From an uncultured Chlorobiaceae bacterium (GTDB taxonomy: Bacteria; Bacteroidota; Ignavibacteria; UBA10030; SZUA-254), in contig CAYGZY010000044.1 of the NCBI GenBank assembly GCA_964354485.1, forward strand, positions 1-36,214: 36,214 nucleotides of DNA, read 5' to 3'. The position numbers and the translations under genes are program-made. The notes under the pieces are model-generated. The model made no database searches and had not been told where the DNA came from. It saw nothing but the letters and a program-made list of their open reading frames with translations. Position 1 is the stretch's first letter. Each line of letters starts with the position of its first letter. This document shows, piece by piece, positions 1-9,709 of this stretch.

Positions 1-1369
1 GTTTCCAGAATTTTCCGACATATTCCTGGAGCAGAAAACGGGCAACCCTCGTTCCTGCGTCGATCGTTGTCAGGATGAAGAGCGCCTCAAACATGATTGC
101 AAAATGATACCAGTACGACATCAGCTTTGCCATGCCGGGCACTGCAGAAAATATCTGGGCGAATCCGACGGCCAGGGATACTGCTCCGCCAGTTCTCCCG
201 ACCAGCGATTCACCCACTTGTCTCGAAAGTTCAGCGAGATTCACCGGTTCAATACCGAGCTGTTGAAACTTTTCAGCTGTCGCGTTGATGGCGAAGTAAT
301 CATTCGGATGCAGTGAACATGCTGCGATCAGAGCAATCAGGCCTACCAATCCTTCCATGAGCATCGCACCGTAACCGATCATCCTGGTATCTGTTTCCTT
401 ATTTATCATTTTGGGAGTTGTACCTGAGGCAACGAGCGAATGGAAACCCGAAATGGCGCCGCACGCTATCGTTATGAAGACGAAAGGAAATATTTTTCCC
501 GGAATGATCGGTCCGCCGCCGCTGACGAATTCTGTCAGTGCCGGCATCCTGAGGTCCGGTCTGACAATGATCACACCGATTATGAGCGCAGCGATCGTCC
601 CGATTTTCATGTACGAACTCAGATAATCCCGGGGAGTCAATAGCAACCACACCGGCAGAACTGAGGCAGCGAAACCATATACAGCCAGTGCAATAATGAT
701 TTGTTCCCGCGTGAGGGTAAAGTACGGTGCAAGTGCCGAACCCGGGATGTAGCTACCGAAAATAACTGCCGCAAGAACAGCAAAGACTCCAATAAAGCTG
801 GCCTCTACAATCTTCCCCGGCCGGATCCTGTACATCCATAATCCGACGAATAACGCAATGGGGATCGTCATACCGATAGTAAATGTTCCCCACGAACTTT
901 CAGCAAGCGCGTTTACAACAGCGAGCCCAAGGCCCGAAAGCGCGATAATGACGATAATCAGGATGGCGATCGAGCTGATAATGCTCGCGAGCGGACTTAT
1001 CTCATACCGTGCTATCTCCGAAAGCGACTTGCCTTTTCGCCGGACAGATGCAACTAAAACAGTGAAATCGTGGACGCCACCCGCCAAAACGACACCGATG
1101 AGGAGCCAGAGAAAACCGGGCAGGTAGCCGAACTGCGCGGCGAGAACCGGCCCGATAAGGGGACCTGCTCCCGATATTGCGGCAAAATGATGTCCAAACA
1201 GCACCCACTTGTTCGTCGGCTCGTAATTCTGTCCGTCCCGCATTGTATTGGCAGGCGTAGGTCTGCTTTCGTCAAGTGCAACGACCCTGGCAGCGATGAA
1301 TGCACTGTAGTAACGGTATGCAATTGCCATGACACAGAGTGCGATAATAATCAGCGGTAAGGCATTCAT
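1..1369 (-). CDS. cstA: Carbon starvation protein A (CstA), N-terminal ~456 codons; the 3' end runs off the left edge of the window
   Basis: Absent from the ORF track because the frame has no stop inside the window. Manual minus-strand translation from ATG (1369..1367) stays open to position 1. It gives [85 protein letters not shown] ... [21 protein letters not shown] ... [24 protein letters not shown] ... [26 protein letters not shown]. These blocks match conserved blocks of E. coli CstA almost residue for residue. Confidence 0.93.
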   Translation of the reverse strand, partial: MNALPLIIIALCVMAIAYRYYSAFIAARVVALDESRPTPANTMRDGQNYEPTNKWVLFGHHFAAISGAGPLIGPVLAAQFGYLPGFLWLLIGVVLAGGVHDFTVLVASVRRKGKSLSEIARYEISPLASIISSIAILIIVIIALSGLGLAVVNALAESSWGTFTIGMTIPIALFVGLWMYRIRPGKIVEASFIGVFAVLAAVIFGSYIPGSALAPYFTLTREQIIIALAVYGFAASVLPVWLLLTPRDYLSSYMKIGTIAALIIGVIIVRPDLRMPALTEFVSGGGPIIPGKIFPFVFITIACGAISGFHSLVASGTTPKMINKETDTRMIGYGAMLMEGLVGLIALIAACSLHPNDYFAINATAEKFQQLGIEPVNLAELSRQVGESLVGRTGGAVSLAVGFAQIFSAVPGMAKLMSYWYHFAIMFEALFILTTIDAGTRVARFLLQEYVGKFWK

Positions 1370-1455
1370 GGTTTTCTACTCAAGAGTTGTGCATCATATT
1401 GTGATTGGGGCGAGAATAGCGAAAGGAAGTGTATTCTCCGATCTTCGCGAACATG

Positions 1456-1815
1456 TCAGAATGCATCCTCAATGTGGCGGATGACGGGTGCAGTTTTTTC
1501 ACAATCGATCGCAATGACGTCGAAGCGGCATATTTTATCATCGATGGTGTTCTCGAAGATAAAACCGTCAGCGGTTTTTCGGATTCTTTCGCGTTTATTC
1601 TTAGTCACAGCATCCTCCGGTTCGCCGAACTTCTTCGACCGGAATGTTTTTACTTCGATGAAGACGAGAACATCTCCGTCTTCCGCAATGATATCAATTT
1701 CACCGTGTTCGTAGCGGTAATTTCGCTGAAGAATACGATAACCTTTTTTCAGTAAATAATCAACCGCGAGGCTCTCCCCTGCTTGCCCTCTCGCCCGTCG
1801 GTCATTCATGGTCAT
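1456..1815 (-). CDS. YraN-family (UPF0102) endonuclease-like protein
   Basis: 119-aa ORF. GESLAVDYLLKKGYRILQRNYRYEHGEIDIIAEDGDVLVFIEVKT fits the UPF0102/YraN signature. It shows the classic rnhB-yraN adjacency, and its start overlaps the rnhB stop by 14 nt. Confidence 0.85.
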   Translation of the reverse strand: MTMNDRRARGQAGESLAVDYLLKKGYRILQRNYRYEHGEIDIIAEDGDVLVFIEVKTFRSKKFGEPEDAVTKNKRERIRKTADGFIFENTIDDKICRFDVIAIDCEKTAPVIRHIEDAF

Positions 1816-2440
1816 GATTCTTCAGGGATGAGACGTGAAAGCTCCTCCGGTGGATTGTGCATAATCCGAATTTCCTGATGGCATCGATATGCTCACGGGT
1901 TCCGTACCCCTTGTGATGCGCAAAGCCGTACTGGGGGTACTCCCTGTCATACTGACGCATAAGACGATCACGCGTCACCTTGGCTACTATCGATGCAGCT
2001 GCAACTGAAACGGATATTGTATCACCGTCAACAATCGTTGTATAGGGGATATTCGCTCCGGCAAAATACGGCCCATCGACGAGAAGATGCTCCGGTTCGC
2101 AGTCAAGTCGTGCTATTGCTGAGTGCATCGCGCGGAATGTGGCGTTGAGAATATTCACTTCATCAATAACCACATGATCCACGATCCCCACGCCGATGCC
2201 AACCGCAGAATCCATGATAACTTTAAATAATTCTTCCCTCATTCGTTCAGAGAGTTTTTTGGAGTCGTCAATTCCCTTAATCTCAACATAATGAGGGAAT
2301 ACCACTGCAGCTGCCACTACCGGTCCTGCCAGCGGCCCCCGGCCAGCCTCATCCACGCCGGCAATATATCTCAGACCGCGGTCCCACAATTCCCGTTCAA
2401 TGCGCAGATCTGCCATCGTACGATACGTAACTATTTCCAA
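1802..2440 (-). CDS. rnhB: Ribonuclease HII
   Basis: 212-aa ORF with the active-site block GVDEAGRGPLAGPVVAAAV, DDSKKL, and typical RNase HII length. Confidence 0.95.
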   Translation of the reverse strand: MEIVTYRTMADLRIERELWDRGLRYIAGVDEAGRGPLAGPVVAAAVVFPHYVEIKGIDDSKKLSERMREELFKVIMDSAVGIGVGIVDHVVIDEVNILNATFRAMHSAIARLDCEPEHLLVDGPYFAGANIPYTTIVDGDTISVSVAAASIVAKVTRDRLMRQYDREYPQYGFAHHKGYGTREHIDAIRKFGLCTIHRRSFHVSSLKNHDHE

Positions 2441-2467
2441 AATATATATTTATATAATTGAACAATT

Positions 2468-4189
2468 CTAAAATTCATTTACAATTCCGAAATGAACTTT
2501 CCCTTCGAAAAATGAATCCCCTTCACCGAAACCAAAGCTTACACCGATGTTCCCAATAGCTGTCTCAAAACGAATACCAGACCCATAACCGATGAGGTAA
2601 TCCCGGGCAGAGGAAATTTCAGCAGCCTCATCTGCAGGCAGGAGGAAGTATCCGGTATCAAAAAAAACATAAACGAACGACCTGGATGTGAGGATCAATC
2701 GGTACTCCAAATTCGTCCACGCGACGTCTTTCCCGAGAAACTGGTTTTCACGGTATCCGCGAAAAGTATTTGTACCGCCAAACCGGTGGAGGTCACCGAT
2801 TTCTATGCCTCCGCCAGTAAGCGTTTTGCCGTGAAACCCGATATGTAAAACCTGTCGACTTAATATCTGCATAAAAATGTCAAGATCGATGCCAACGCGC
2901 TGAAGAGTGGTCCGTTCCTCGATTGTTTTTTTTCTCTCCATGTGGTAGTGTGTAGAATATGCAATTCCACGGATTGGATTAAGAATCTGATCGCGGGTAT
3001 CGTAACCGATTTCAAGGCCTGCGACAATCCTTGTGCTTTTCATCAGTTTCGTGGTTGGACCCGACGGGATAACGGTCTGCTGACCGAACACACCGCTTAA
3101 CGTGAGCGACTCATCAACAAGAAGATCAGCCTGTCCCTTGATGCCGCGTCGAACGTAGGTACTATCCTGCTGTCGCTGGTCAAATGCGACAGCAGCGTTT
3201 AAGGGGAAATTAAAAATCCATGGTTCCACGTAGCTGAGTTGCACATCCTGAGAATTCCGTTCATCCTTCGACCAGTGAACCTGAAATTTCCTGCTGGTCC
3301 CGAAGAGATTACGCATGCCGATATCAATCATGCCGGTAAACGTACCGTTCCCCCCGGTGGTGGGCGCATACCCCACGATGCCATTAAAAGTAGCTGTTTT
3401 TCCTTCTACAACCTTGATAACCACCCCGCCTCCGTAGGACGTGCTATATACTTCAGGCTCATCTACCTGAGAGAAAATATTGAGCCGGCGCAGGCGGTTC
3501 GGAATCCTGTCGATTTTTTCGCGGTTATACATTTCATGCAATCTTATGCGAGATTCCCGTATAATCACATCATCGTCGGTCACCGTATTTCCTATGACTT
3601 GTATTTCATCGATTGTAACCTTTTTGCCCTCGTCCACCCCGATGGTTACGCTGATGTTCATCTCATCTTTGCCTCTCATCAAAGAGACATCCTGCACTCG
3701 AATGGATGTAAAAGGAAATCCCATGCGTCCGTACGCACCGATGAGGTTATCAATATCATCTTCGAGCAGGGCAGAAAACAGGTAATTTCCGGTTTTGGTC
3801 TGAAAACTTTCGAGAATTTCCTCCTCAGAAAGAACTGAATTTCCTCTGATCCGTAATTCACCGATAGTGAGCGGCGACCCCTCATTGATCGAGATAAAGA
3901 TTACCACCTCGCTGCTGTCGGTGGAGTACATCAGTGTGTCGACGTATACCTCGGCAAAGTAGCAGCCACGCTGATGGTAAAGAAAAAGTACTAACTGGAC
4001 GTCGTGTAAAATGACAGAAGGAAGCAGAACCGACCCGATTTTTGTGCTCATGGCATCCAGAAGCTGCTGCGATGAAAACACATGATTACCACTGAAACTG
4101 ATTTCCCTCACGACTGCGCTTTCCGACCAAGATGCCATGACGATGCTTACGCTCAAACCAATTATTACGATTGTCCTGGCGATTATCAT
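2468..4189 (-). CDS. Omp85/BamA-family outer-membrane protein (short paralogue, about three POTRA repeats plus a D15 surface-antigen barrel)
   Basis: Repeated POTRA-like units: ISFSGNHVFSSQQLLDAM, LRIRGNSVLSEEEILESF, IQVIGNTVTDDDVIIRES. The C-terminal half is rich in beta strands and ends in an aromatic residue (..GIVNEF), the OMP beta-signal. The track start 4303 overlaps the upstream gene. ATG at 4189 (MIIARTIVIIGLSVSIVMA, signal-like) lies 2 nt after the GWxTD stop (4192-4194) and is preferred. Confidence 0.8.
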   Translation of the reverse strand: MIIARTIVIIGLSVSIVMASWSESAVVREISFSGNHVFSSQQLLDAMSTKIGSVLLPSVILHDVQLVLFLYHQRGCYFAEVYVDTLMYSTDSSEVVIFISINEGSPLTIGELRIRGNSVLSEEEILESFQTKTGNYLFSALLEDDIDNLIGAYGRMGFPFTSIRVQDVSLMRGKDEMNISVTIGVDEGKKVTIDEIQVIGNTVTDDDVIIRESRIRLHEMYNREKIDRIPNRLRRLNIFSQVDEPEVYSTSYGGGVVIKVVEGKTATFNGIVGYAPTTGGNGTFTGMIDIGMRNLFGTSRKFQVHWSKDERNSQDVQLSYVEPWIFNFPLNAAVAFDQRQQDSTYVRRGIKGQADLLVDESLTLSGVFGQQTVIPSGPTTKLMKSTRIVAGLEIGYDTRDQILNPIRGIAYSTHYHMERKKTIEERTTLQRVGIDLDIFMQILSRQVLHIGFHGKTLTGGGIEIGDLHRFGGTNTFRGYRENQFLGKDVAWTNLEYRLILTSRSFVYVFFDTGYFLLPADEAAEISSARDYLIGYGSGIRFETAIGNIGVSFGFGEGDSFFEGKVHFGIVNEF

Positions 4190-4191
4190 TA

Positions 4192-5505
4192 TCAGCGCGG
4201 TCTTATGCCGCTGATATCCCAATCCGTATTCTGTAGCCGATATTCGCCAAAACCGCTTATATCGACGAAGATGAATTCCCGGTTCAGCTCGTAGTAGCTC
4301 CATATTTCGTACGGTTTCGAATTCATCTCAAAGGGATGCCGTTCGATATTACTCGGAGCACCGAAGAGGATGTAGATCATCCCCATATCCGCCTTCCAGC
4401 CATCCAGATAATAACTGAAGTGTACATTTGCATACGCAATGCGCGAGTAGTACTCCTCCATGATTTCATTCCGTTCTGTCTGCGGTGTGGGGTCTTTGGT
4501 CCGCCAGAACTTTTGAAAGAGGTCCCTCTTCATTTCCGGTGCGGCACGACGCATCTCCTCTACCTGTTCACGATCAGCAATATATTGAATCTGCTCTATC
4601 GCAAGGTCAAGGTCAGAGACGGATAGAGGCATGCCACGCCATCGGATTGCAATCTGACGATTCGCGCGGGCTACCTCCGTTTCAATCTCTTTTCTGTTTG
4701 AGTCCCGAACCGGAAAGCCGGTCAATTCCAGAATATAATCTCCGGCAATCAGAGCATCGGTCTTCAGAAGTCTGTATACCCCCTGAGGCGACGTACTGAT
4801 CCGTTGTCTGAACGAGTCACTCTTAACAATTGTACCCTTTATGTTCCTCAGAACGAGCGAGATGGCTGCTGAGTCTGCTGTGAGCGTATCATACACTTCG
4901 AAATAAATGTAAAAACTGTCGAGATTGCCGCCAACAGCACCGGAAATATTCGGTGTAACGACCAGGTTTGCGGAGTCCATCTCGATGTGAGATACAAGCA
5001 TGATATCGCTGATTGCAAACGGAGATTTGGAATAAGCGTGAATCTTGATTTTTTTCTTCTGCTGTGCCGGCATTTCAGTTTCCATATCTTTCACCAGAAC
5101 AGAAATTACGTATGTTCCAGGCGTGAGGAGGAATGTTTTCTGATTGACATAACATATTGAAGACGAAATGGTTTTCCCATAATCTTTTACTCTGATCGTT
5201 TCCCTCCAGAATTTTTCATTAACGAGAGTTTCAGTGGAATCATAGATGGTGATTGTTATTTCACAGCGAGAATTGAAACTGTCTCCCTCCCTCACAAACT
5301 GCAGAGCTTCATATGGGATTTCGAGAAAAACATCAAGCCTCTCCACGCCGCTTTCATCGGCAGAAAAGCTCAGAGCTTCAAAATAAAATTTCGGCATGCC
5401 GCCGTGGTCCGGAGGACGTTCTGACCGCTGACCGTAACAGGGAAATGCCGTAAAGAAACATAGAACTATCCATGTGGTAAAAATTCTCATACTCTTATTC
5501 TCCAT
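4192..5505 (-). CDS. GWxTD domain-containing protein (secreted, function unknown)
   Basis: 437-aa ORF with an N-terminal signal peptide (MRIFTTWIVLCFFTAFPCYGQ). C-terminal block FWRTKDP...YYSRIAYANVHF..DGWKADMGMIYILFGAPSNIE matches the GWxTD domain signature recalled from TIGRFAM. Confidence 0.72.
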   Translation of the reverse strand: MENKSMRIFTTWIVLCFFTAFPCYGQRSERPPDHGGMPKFYFEALSFSADESGVERLDVFLEIPYEALQFVREGDSFNSRCEITITIYDSTETLVNEKFWRETIRVKDYGKTISSSICYVNQKTFLLTPGTYVISVLVKDMETEMPAQQKKKIKIHAYSKSPFAISDIMLVSHIEMDSANLVVTPNISGAVGGNLDSFYIYFEVYDTLTADSAAISLVLRNIKGTIVKSDSFRQRISTSPQGVYRLLKTDALIAGDYILELTGFPVRDSNRKEIETEVARANRQIAIRWRGMPLSVSDLDLAIEQIQYIADREQVEEMRRAAPEMKRDLFQKFWRTKDPTPQTERNEIMEEYYSRIAYANVHFSYYLDGWKADMGMIYILFGAPSNIERHPFEMNSKPYEIWSYYELNREFIFVDISGFGEYRLQNTDWDISGIRPR

Positions 5506-5523
5506 CTGATGGATCTGCAGACA

Positions 5524-6819
5524 TCAATCTACGCAAAGTTTTCCTTCCATATCATACGCATCCGCGCGCTGAATTTCAACATCGTAAAAATTTCCTGTCA
5601 CGGCTCCCACCGCGTCATTTACCGTTACCTCGTTATCAATCTCAGGTGCATCATACTCTGTCCTACCGATGGCTGTTGTTACTTCCTTACGATCGATAAG
5701 CACACGGATTCTCTTCCCTATCATCTTACGGTTGTGTTCGAGCGCGATCCGCTCCTGAAGCTCCATGAGTGCGGCATACCTCTCCTCTTTGATGAGAGAG
5801 GGCACGGGATCGCCGAGCTTATAAGCGTCGGTACCGTCCTCCTGTGAATACGTGAACACCCCTACACGTTCGAACTTTGCCTCCTGAACAAATCCGAAAA
5901 GCTCTTGAAATTCATCTTCGCCTTCGGTCGGGTACCCGACGATAAATGTCGTCCTCAACGCGATATCAGGGACTTTCGCCCGGAGTGTGGAAATAAGTCG
6001 CCGTATTTCGTCTGAAGAGACACCGCGCCTCATCGATGAAAGAACGCTATCTGAAACGTGCTGCAGCGGGATGTCGAGGTATCTGCAAAATTTCCGATTA
6101 CCTGCCAACACATCGATGACATCATCAGGAAAACCGGAGGGATATGCGTACATCAGTCGTATCCACTCGATGCCGTCGAGATCGGCTAACATTGTGAGGA
6201 GTTTAGAGAGCGCACGCTGTCCGTAGATATCGACGCCGTAGTACGTGGTGTCCTGAGCGATCAGTATGAGTTCTTTTACACCCTTTTCTGTAAGACTCTT
6301 TGCCTCACGTTGAAGTTGTTCCAACGGTGTGCTCCGATGCTTGCCTCTGATTTCCGGTATCGCACAAAATGAACAGGGGCGGTCGCATCCTTCCGAAATT
6401 TTCAGGTAAGCGTAATGTGACGGCGTTGTCAGCGATCTTTCACCTAATAGTTCGTCCTTCCATGCAACATCGATTTCCCGGATAACGTCGCGCAGCTTGT
6501 TTGCACCGATGAAGGCATCAACTTCAGGTATTTCCTTAGTCAGTTCATCGGCGTACCGCTCACTCAAGCACCCCATGACGATCAATTTTCTTATGCGTCC
6601 TTCCTCCTTCAGTCGGACAGCCCTCATAATTATATCGATAGACTCTTTTTTCGCACTTTCGATGAAACCGCACGTATTAATGACGACGATATCGCTGCCG
6701 TCGGAAGTATCGATAATTTCATAATTACTCCCTTCGAGCTGTTTCAGGAGCACTTCAGAGTCGACAACGTTTTTCGGACACCCAAGAGTGATAAGTGCGA
6801 GTTTCTTCCTGCGTGGCAT
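5524..6819 (-). CDS. rimO: Ribosomal protein S12 methylthiotransferase RimO (MiaB-family radical SAM with TRAM domain)
   Basis: LITLGCPKNVVDSEVLL N-terminal UPF0004 block, radical-SAM cluster CDRPCSFCAIP, C-terminal TRAM-like tail. The track start 6906 overlaps cdsA. ATG at 6819 (MPRRKKLALITLGCPKN) lies 1 nt after the cdsA stop (6821-6823) and is preferred. Confidence 0.88.
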   Translation of the reverse strand: MPRRKKLALITLGCPKNVVDSEVLLKQLEGSNYEIIDTSDGSDIVVINTCGFIESAKKESIDIIMRAVRLKEEGRIRKLIVMGCLSERYADELTKEIPEVDAFIGANKLRDVIREIDVAWKDELLGERSLTTPSHYAYLKISEGCDRPCSFCAIPEIRGKHRSTPLEQLQREAKSLTEKGVKELILIAQDTTYYGVDIYGQRALSKLLTMLADLDGIEWIRLMYAYPSGFPDDVIDVLAGNRKFCRYLDIPLQHVSDSVLSSMRRGVSSDEIRRLISTLRAKVPDIALRTTFIVGYPTEGEDEFQELFGFVQEAKFERVGVFTYSQEDGTDAYKLGDPVPSLIKEERYAALMELQERIALEHNRKMIGKRIRVLIDRKEVTTAIGRTEYDAPEIDNEVTVNDAVGAVTGNFYDVEIQRADAYDMEGKLCVD

Positions 6820-6820
6820 C

Positions 6821-7768
6821 TCAACTGAAGAGGATGAAATCGATGTAGAGGTAAATGACAGGGGAAACGAGTATAAGACTATCGAAGCGATCGAGAACTC
6901 CGCCATGCCCCGGGATAATATTCGATGAATCTTTTACCCCGGCATCACGTTTTAGGAGAGATTCAACGAGGTCGCCCAACTGACCGATTGTGCCTATTAT
7001 GACGCCGAGGATCACAGCGCTTCCAAGGGATAGGTAGTTGAGAAAAAAGATCTTGAACAATATTCCTGCAATGACGGCGCTGATAAATCCCGCCAACGCA
7101 CCCTCCCAACTTTTATTCGGACTTACCCTCGGAAAAAGTTTATGCCTGCCGGCAGCAGATCCGATATAGTAGGCGGCCGAATCACAGATCCAGATAATCG
7201 CGAGGATTGAAATTACCGTGTAAGCACCCCAGCGGTAAATTTCATCTCTGACGTAAGGATTTGTAAAACTTTCAGGTTCTACAAAAAAACGGGAAACCGG
7301 AAAGTCAAATGGCACAAAAAGTTCTCTAAGCCCGATGAACGTACCCAGAAAAAAGGGGATGTAGAGCAATCCGAAAATCGTTACCGAAAGATTGAGTACG
7401 GCCGACCCGCGATTTCTGAAAAGTTCAATGAGACAGAGCGTTACGATAATAATTGTCAGCATAATATAAAGCAGCTGTGTTTGCGAGGGGAAAGGAATGA
7501 TAATATTATTCTTCCCGAGCAGGTTGAGTACGGCTGACTGGAGTTTATCATGAAAGAACGACAGATTAATGAAAAAGCCGGCTATAAGACCCAGAGCAAT
7601 TTGCGGTTCAGATCCTTTCAGCCGGGCAAGTTTATAAAATTCATGGAGTGCCAGCGCCGAGATGCAGGAAATGGTTAAGAAAAAGGGAATACCGCCGATA
7701 AAAGAAACGACAACGAAGAGAGGAATCCCGACGGCGGCAATAAGAATTCTTTTAAGATGGCTACTCAC
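6821..7768 (-). CDS. cdsA: Phosphatidate cytidylyltransferase (CDP-diglyceride synthase)
   Basis: Polytopic membrane ORF with the CdsA signature SDSAAYYIGSAAGRHKLFPRVSPNKSWEGALAGF and GHGGVLDRFDS. GTG start at 7768 overlaps the upstream stop by 8 nt. Confidence 0.9.
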   Translation of the reverse strand: MSSHLKRILIAAVGIPLFVVVSFIGGIPFFLTISCISALALHEFYKLARLKGSEPQIALGLIAGFFINLSFFHDKLQSAVLNLLGKNNIIIPFPSQTQLLYIMLTIIIVTLCLIELFRNRGSAVLNLSVTIFGLLYIPFFLGTFIGLRELFVPFDFPVSRFFVEPESFTNPYVRDEIYRWGAYTVISILAIIWICDSAAYYIGSAAGRHKLFPRVSPNKSWEGALAGFISAVIAGILFKIFFLNYLSLGSAVILGVIIGTIGQLGDLVESLLKRDAGVKDSSNIIPGHGGVLDRFDSLILVSPVIYLYIDFILFS

Positions 7769-8741
7769 CCTTATTTTCCCTTTCTTGCCCGTTGCTTACG
7801 ATCTGGTCCGCAGGCTGGATTGATTTTTTCGTGATTTTTACGAAGTACATGGTGGATACAAGAAATATCACGCCAAAAAACCAGAATGTCGCAAGAAGCC
7901 CGGCAGTCGACATACCACCGGCATTCCCGACAATGAGATAATCATCCTCCAATTTAAAGTAGAGCGCCGCGCAGGCAAGGGCATTATTGACGAAGTGTGC
8001 GGTTATGGGTACCCATATGCTCCCCGACCGGATGACGATAAACCCAAGATAGATCCCGATAGCTACCAATGGAATGAATGAAAAGGGATTCAGGTGGTAA
8101 GCAGCAAAAATAACACCGGTGACCAGAACGCTTTGCATTGGCGAAAGTGATTTCTCTATAGTTCTCTGTATAAGTCCGCGGAACATGAATTCTTCTGCAA
8201 ATGCGGGAATGAGAGCGACAACGAAAATGACCCAGGATAACTCTGTTAATGAAGCTGAACCGACGAGTTGCCGATAAAGAGACTCGAACAGATCACGGAA
8301 TTTTTCCAGAGTGGATTGAATTTCCTGAGGCATAGGAAGCTGATCCTGAAATATGAGGTAAATCTGAAGCACCGGCTGCAGGGAAACGATTCCGATGATT
8401 GGTACAAGCAATACTTTCAGCTCAGGCCGTATTATTCTCAGGTAGTCTTTCGGTCGGTTTGAGGCGAGGAGCACGAGAACGACTGTCGGTAAAAGAATGA
8501 ATAGGAGTTGACCCACACCCGTAGCCAGTCGATATCCAAACAGACTCTTCTCCAGAGGTTCCACCCCAAAAAGGAGAAAGGTCAGAAGTCCTCCGACCAG
8601 CTGATAGAGAAAAAAAATGATTACCAGCGTAATAAACGCAAAGAGAAGGGGATGAATGCCCTGCCTTTCGATCCACGTCATTGTGATCTGATGGCCCGCC
8701 TCGTTCCGCGGACTACTGTCTGGCATGGAGATATTACTCAA
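7761..8741 (-). CDS. CPBP-family intramembrane glutamic endopeptidase (CAAX protease / Abi family)
   Basis: Multi-TM ORF with the three CPBP motifs EEFMFRGLIQ, FAAYH and HFVNN. The track start is TTG 8741; an ATG at 8726 is an alternative. Confidence 0.85.
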   Translation of the reverse strand: MSNISMPDSSPRNEAGHQITMTWIERQGIHPLLFAFITLVIIFFLYQLVGGLLTFLLFGVEPLEKSLFGYRLATGVGQLLFILLPTVVLVLLASNRPKDYLRIIRPELKVLLVPIIGIVSLQPVLQIYLIFQDQLPMPQEIQSTLEKFRDLFESLYRQLVGSASLTELSWVIFVVALIPAFAEEFMFRGLIQRTIEKSLSPMQSVLVTGVIFAAYHLNPFSFIPLVAIGIYLGFIVIRSGSIWVPITAHFVNNALACAALYFKLEDDYLIVGNAGGMSTAGLLATFWFFGVIFLVSTMYFVKITKKSIQPADQIVSNGQERENKGE

Positions 8742-8743
8742 CT

Positions 8744-9709
8744 TCAGCGAGCTTTCAGTAAATTGTTTATCATTGCACAGAGGAGAGGTATCATGATCTC
8801 ATGGTGACCGGTGAAGAGGTAGCCTTTTCCACCGTCGCGCGTCGGCCGGTGTACTACGTTCATGCGGGGACGATAATGCTGGATCATGTCAAAATTCGCG
8901 GTGGTAAATCCCTTCACGGATTTATATAAATTGCGAGCGACTGTCAGCGCCTTAAGAAACACTTCAGGGAGTATCACTGCAGAACCGACGTTTACCACAA
9001 TCCCGCCGTTGTTAATACCGCGCACAGCTTCACATAGTACCTTGAAGTCCCTGAATGACATTTCACCCGTAATCCCTCCGTCCATTGACGGTTGCTGGTG
9101 AATAATATCCGTCCCGATTGCTGCGTGCACGGTTGCAGGTATTCCGAGCGTATAGCAAGTTGCCAGGATGCTTGCCTTCTTATACCGTGCCTGTCGGAGT
9201 GAGGCGCCAATAGTTTCACCATACCCTGCATCGCTTTCAGTGCATCCCAGCCTCAGTGATTCGTTGATGAATTCACCGGTTTCCTCTGACATCCCGAACC
9301 TCCCGTCGGTGATATACGCTTCGACATCTTCCGATGTTCTTCCCCAGCGCGCAATTTCGACATCATGAATAGCCGCGGCACTGTTCACCGCGACAGCAGT
9401 GATCATGTTTTTCCGGAGTAAATCGATGATGAGTGGTGATAATCCGACCTTCACGACATGTGCGCCTAACATGAAGATCACGGCCTTCTTCTTCTTTCGT
9501 GCGCGTACAATTTCCTCCACGAACAATCTCAGATCCTCGCCGATGAGAACGTGCGGAAGCGATCGGATGAAATCGCCGAATGGCTGGTGCTTGGGATTGT
9601 ACACTTTGGCAAAATCACTCAATCTTACCTTGCTCTTCCGTGATTTTAACGGTATGGTGGTTACATTTTTTAAATCAGCTTGTTTGAATTTAGACATCGG
9701 TATATTCAT
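8744..9709 (-). CDS. Conserved hypothetical protein, deoxyhypusine-synthase-like (DHS-like NAD-binding fold) family; function unknown
   Basis: 321-aa ORF, ATGA-coupled to the upstream gene (9706-9709). Blocks AVIFMLGAHVVKVGLSPLIIDLLRKNMITAVAVNSAAAIHDVEIA, GIPATVHAAIGTDIIHQ and GGIVVNVGSAVILPEVFLKA resemble the deoxyhypusine synthase fold from memory only. The coding call is firm; the family call is tentative. Confidence 0.5.
   Translation of the reverse strand: MNIPMSKFKQADLKNVTTIPLKSRKSKVRLSDFAKVYNPKHQPFGDFIRSLPHVLIGEDLRLFVEEIVRARKKKKAVIFMLGAHVVKVGLSPLIIDLLRKNMITAVAVNSAAAIHDVEIARWGRTSEDVEAYITDGRFGMSEETGEFINESLRLGCTESDAGYGETIGASLRQARYKKASILATCYTLGIPATVHAAIGTDIIHQQPSMDGGITGEMSFRDFKVLCEAVRGINNGGIVVNVGSAVILPEVFLKALTVARNLYKSVKGFTTANFDMIQHYRPRMNVVHRPTRDGGKGYLFTGHHEIMIPLLCAMINNLLKAR

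Noticed and set aside
97-1360. Nine short ORFs (60-96 aa) on both strands listed by the ORF track in the first 1.4 kb
   Set aside because: All lie inside, or antisense to, the long open minus-strand frame that encodes a textbook CstA N-terminus. The track omits cstA only because it has no stop within the window.
1388-1404. TGTGCA-N6-TGTGA upstream of cstA, considered as a CRP site because E. coli cstA is CRP-dependent
   Set aside because: The two halves are direct repeats, not inverted, so the sequence does not fit the TGTGA-N6-TCACA dyad.
1412-1438. 7-bp inverted repeat GAGAATA/TATTCTC between yraN and cstA
   Set aside because: The loop is 13 nt, the stem is AT-rich and there is no T-tract on either strand, which is insufficient for a terminator or operator call.
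3239-3838. 199-aa plus-strand ORF
   Set aside because: It is antisense to the Omp85-like gene, has no recognisable motifs, and has a composition typical of a shadow frame.
4190-4303. N-terminal extensions of track ORFs (also 6820-6906 for rimO and 10603-10683 for DUF3108)
   Set aside because: The extensions overlap the 3' ends of the upstream genes and precede internal ATGs that give canonical N-termini (a signal peptide or the conserved first motif). They are longest-ORF artefacts.
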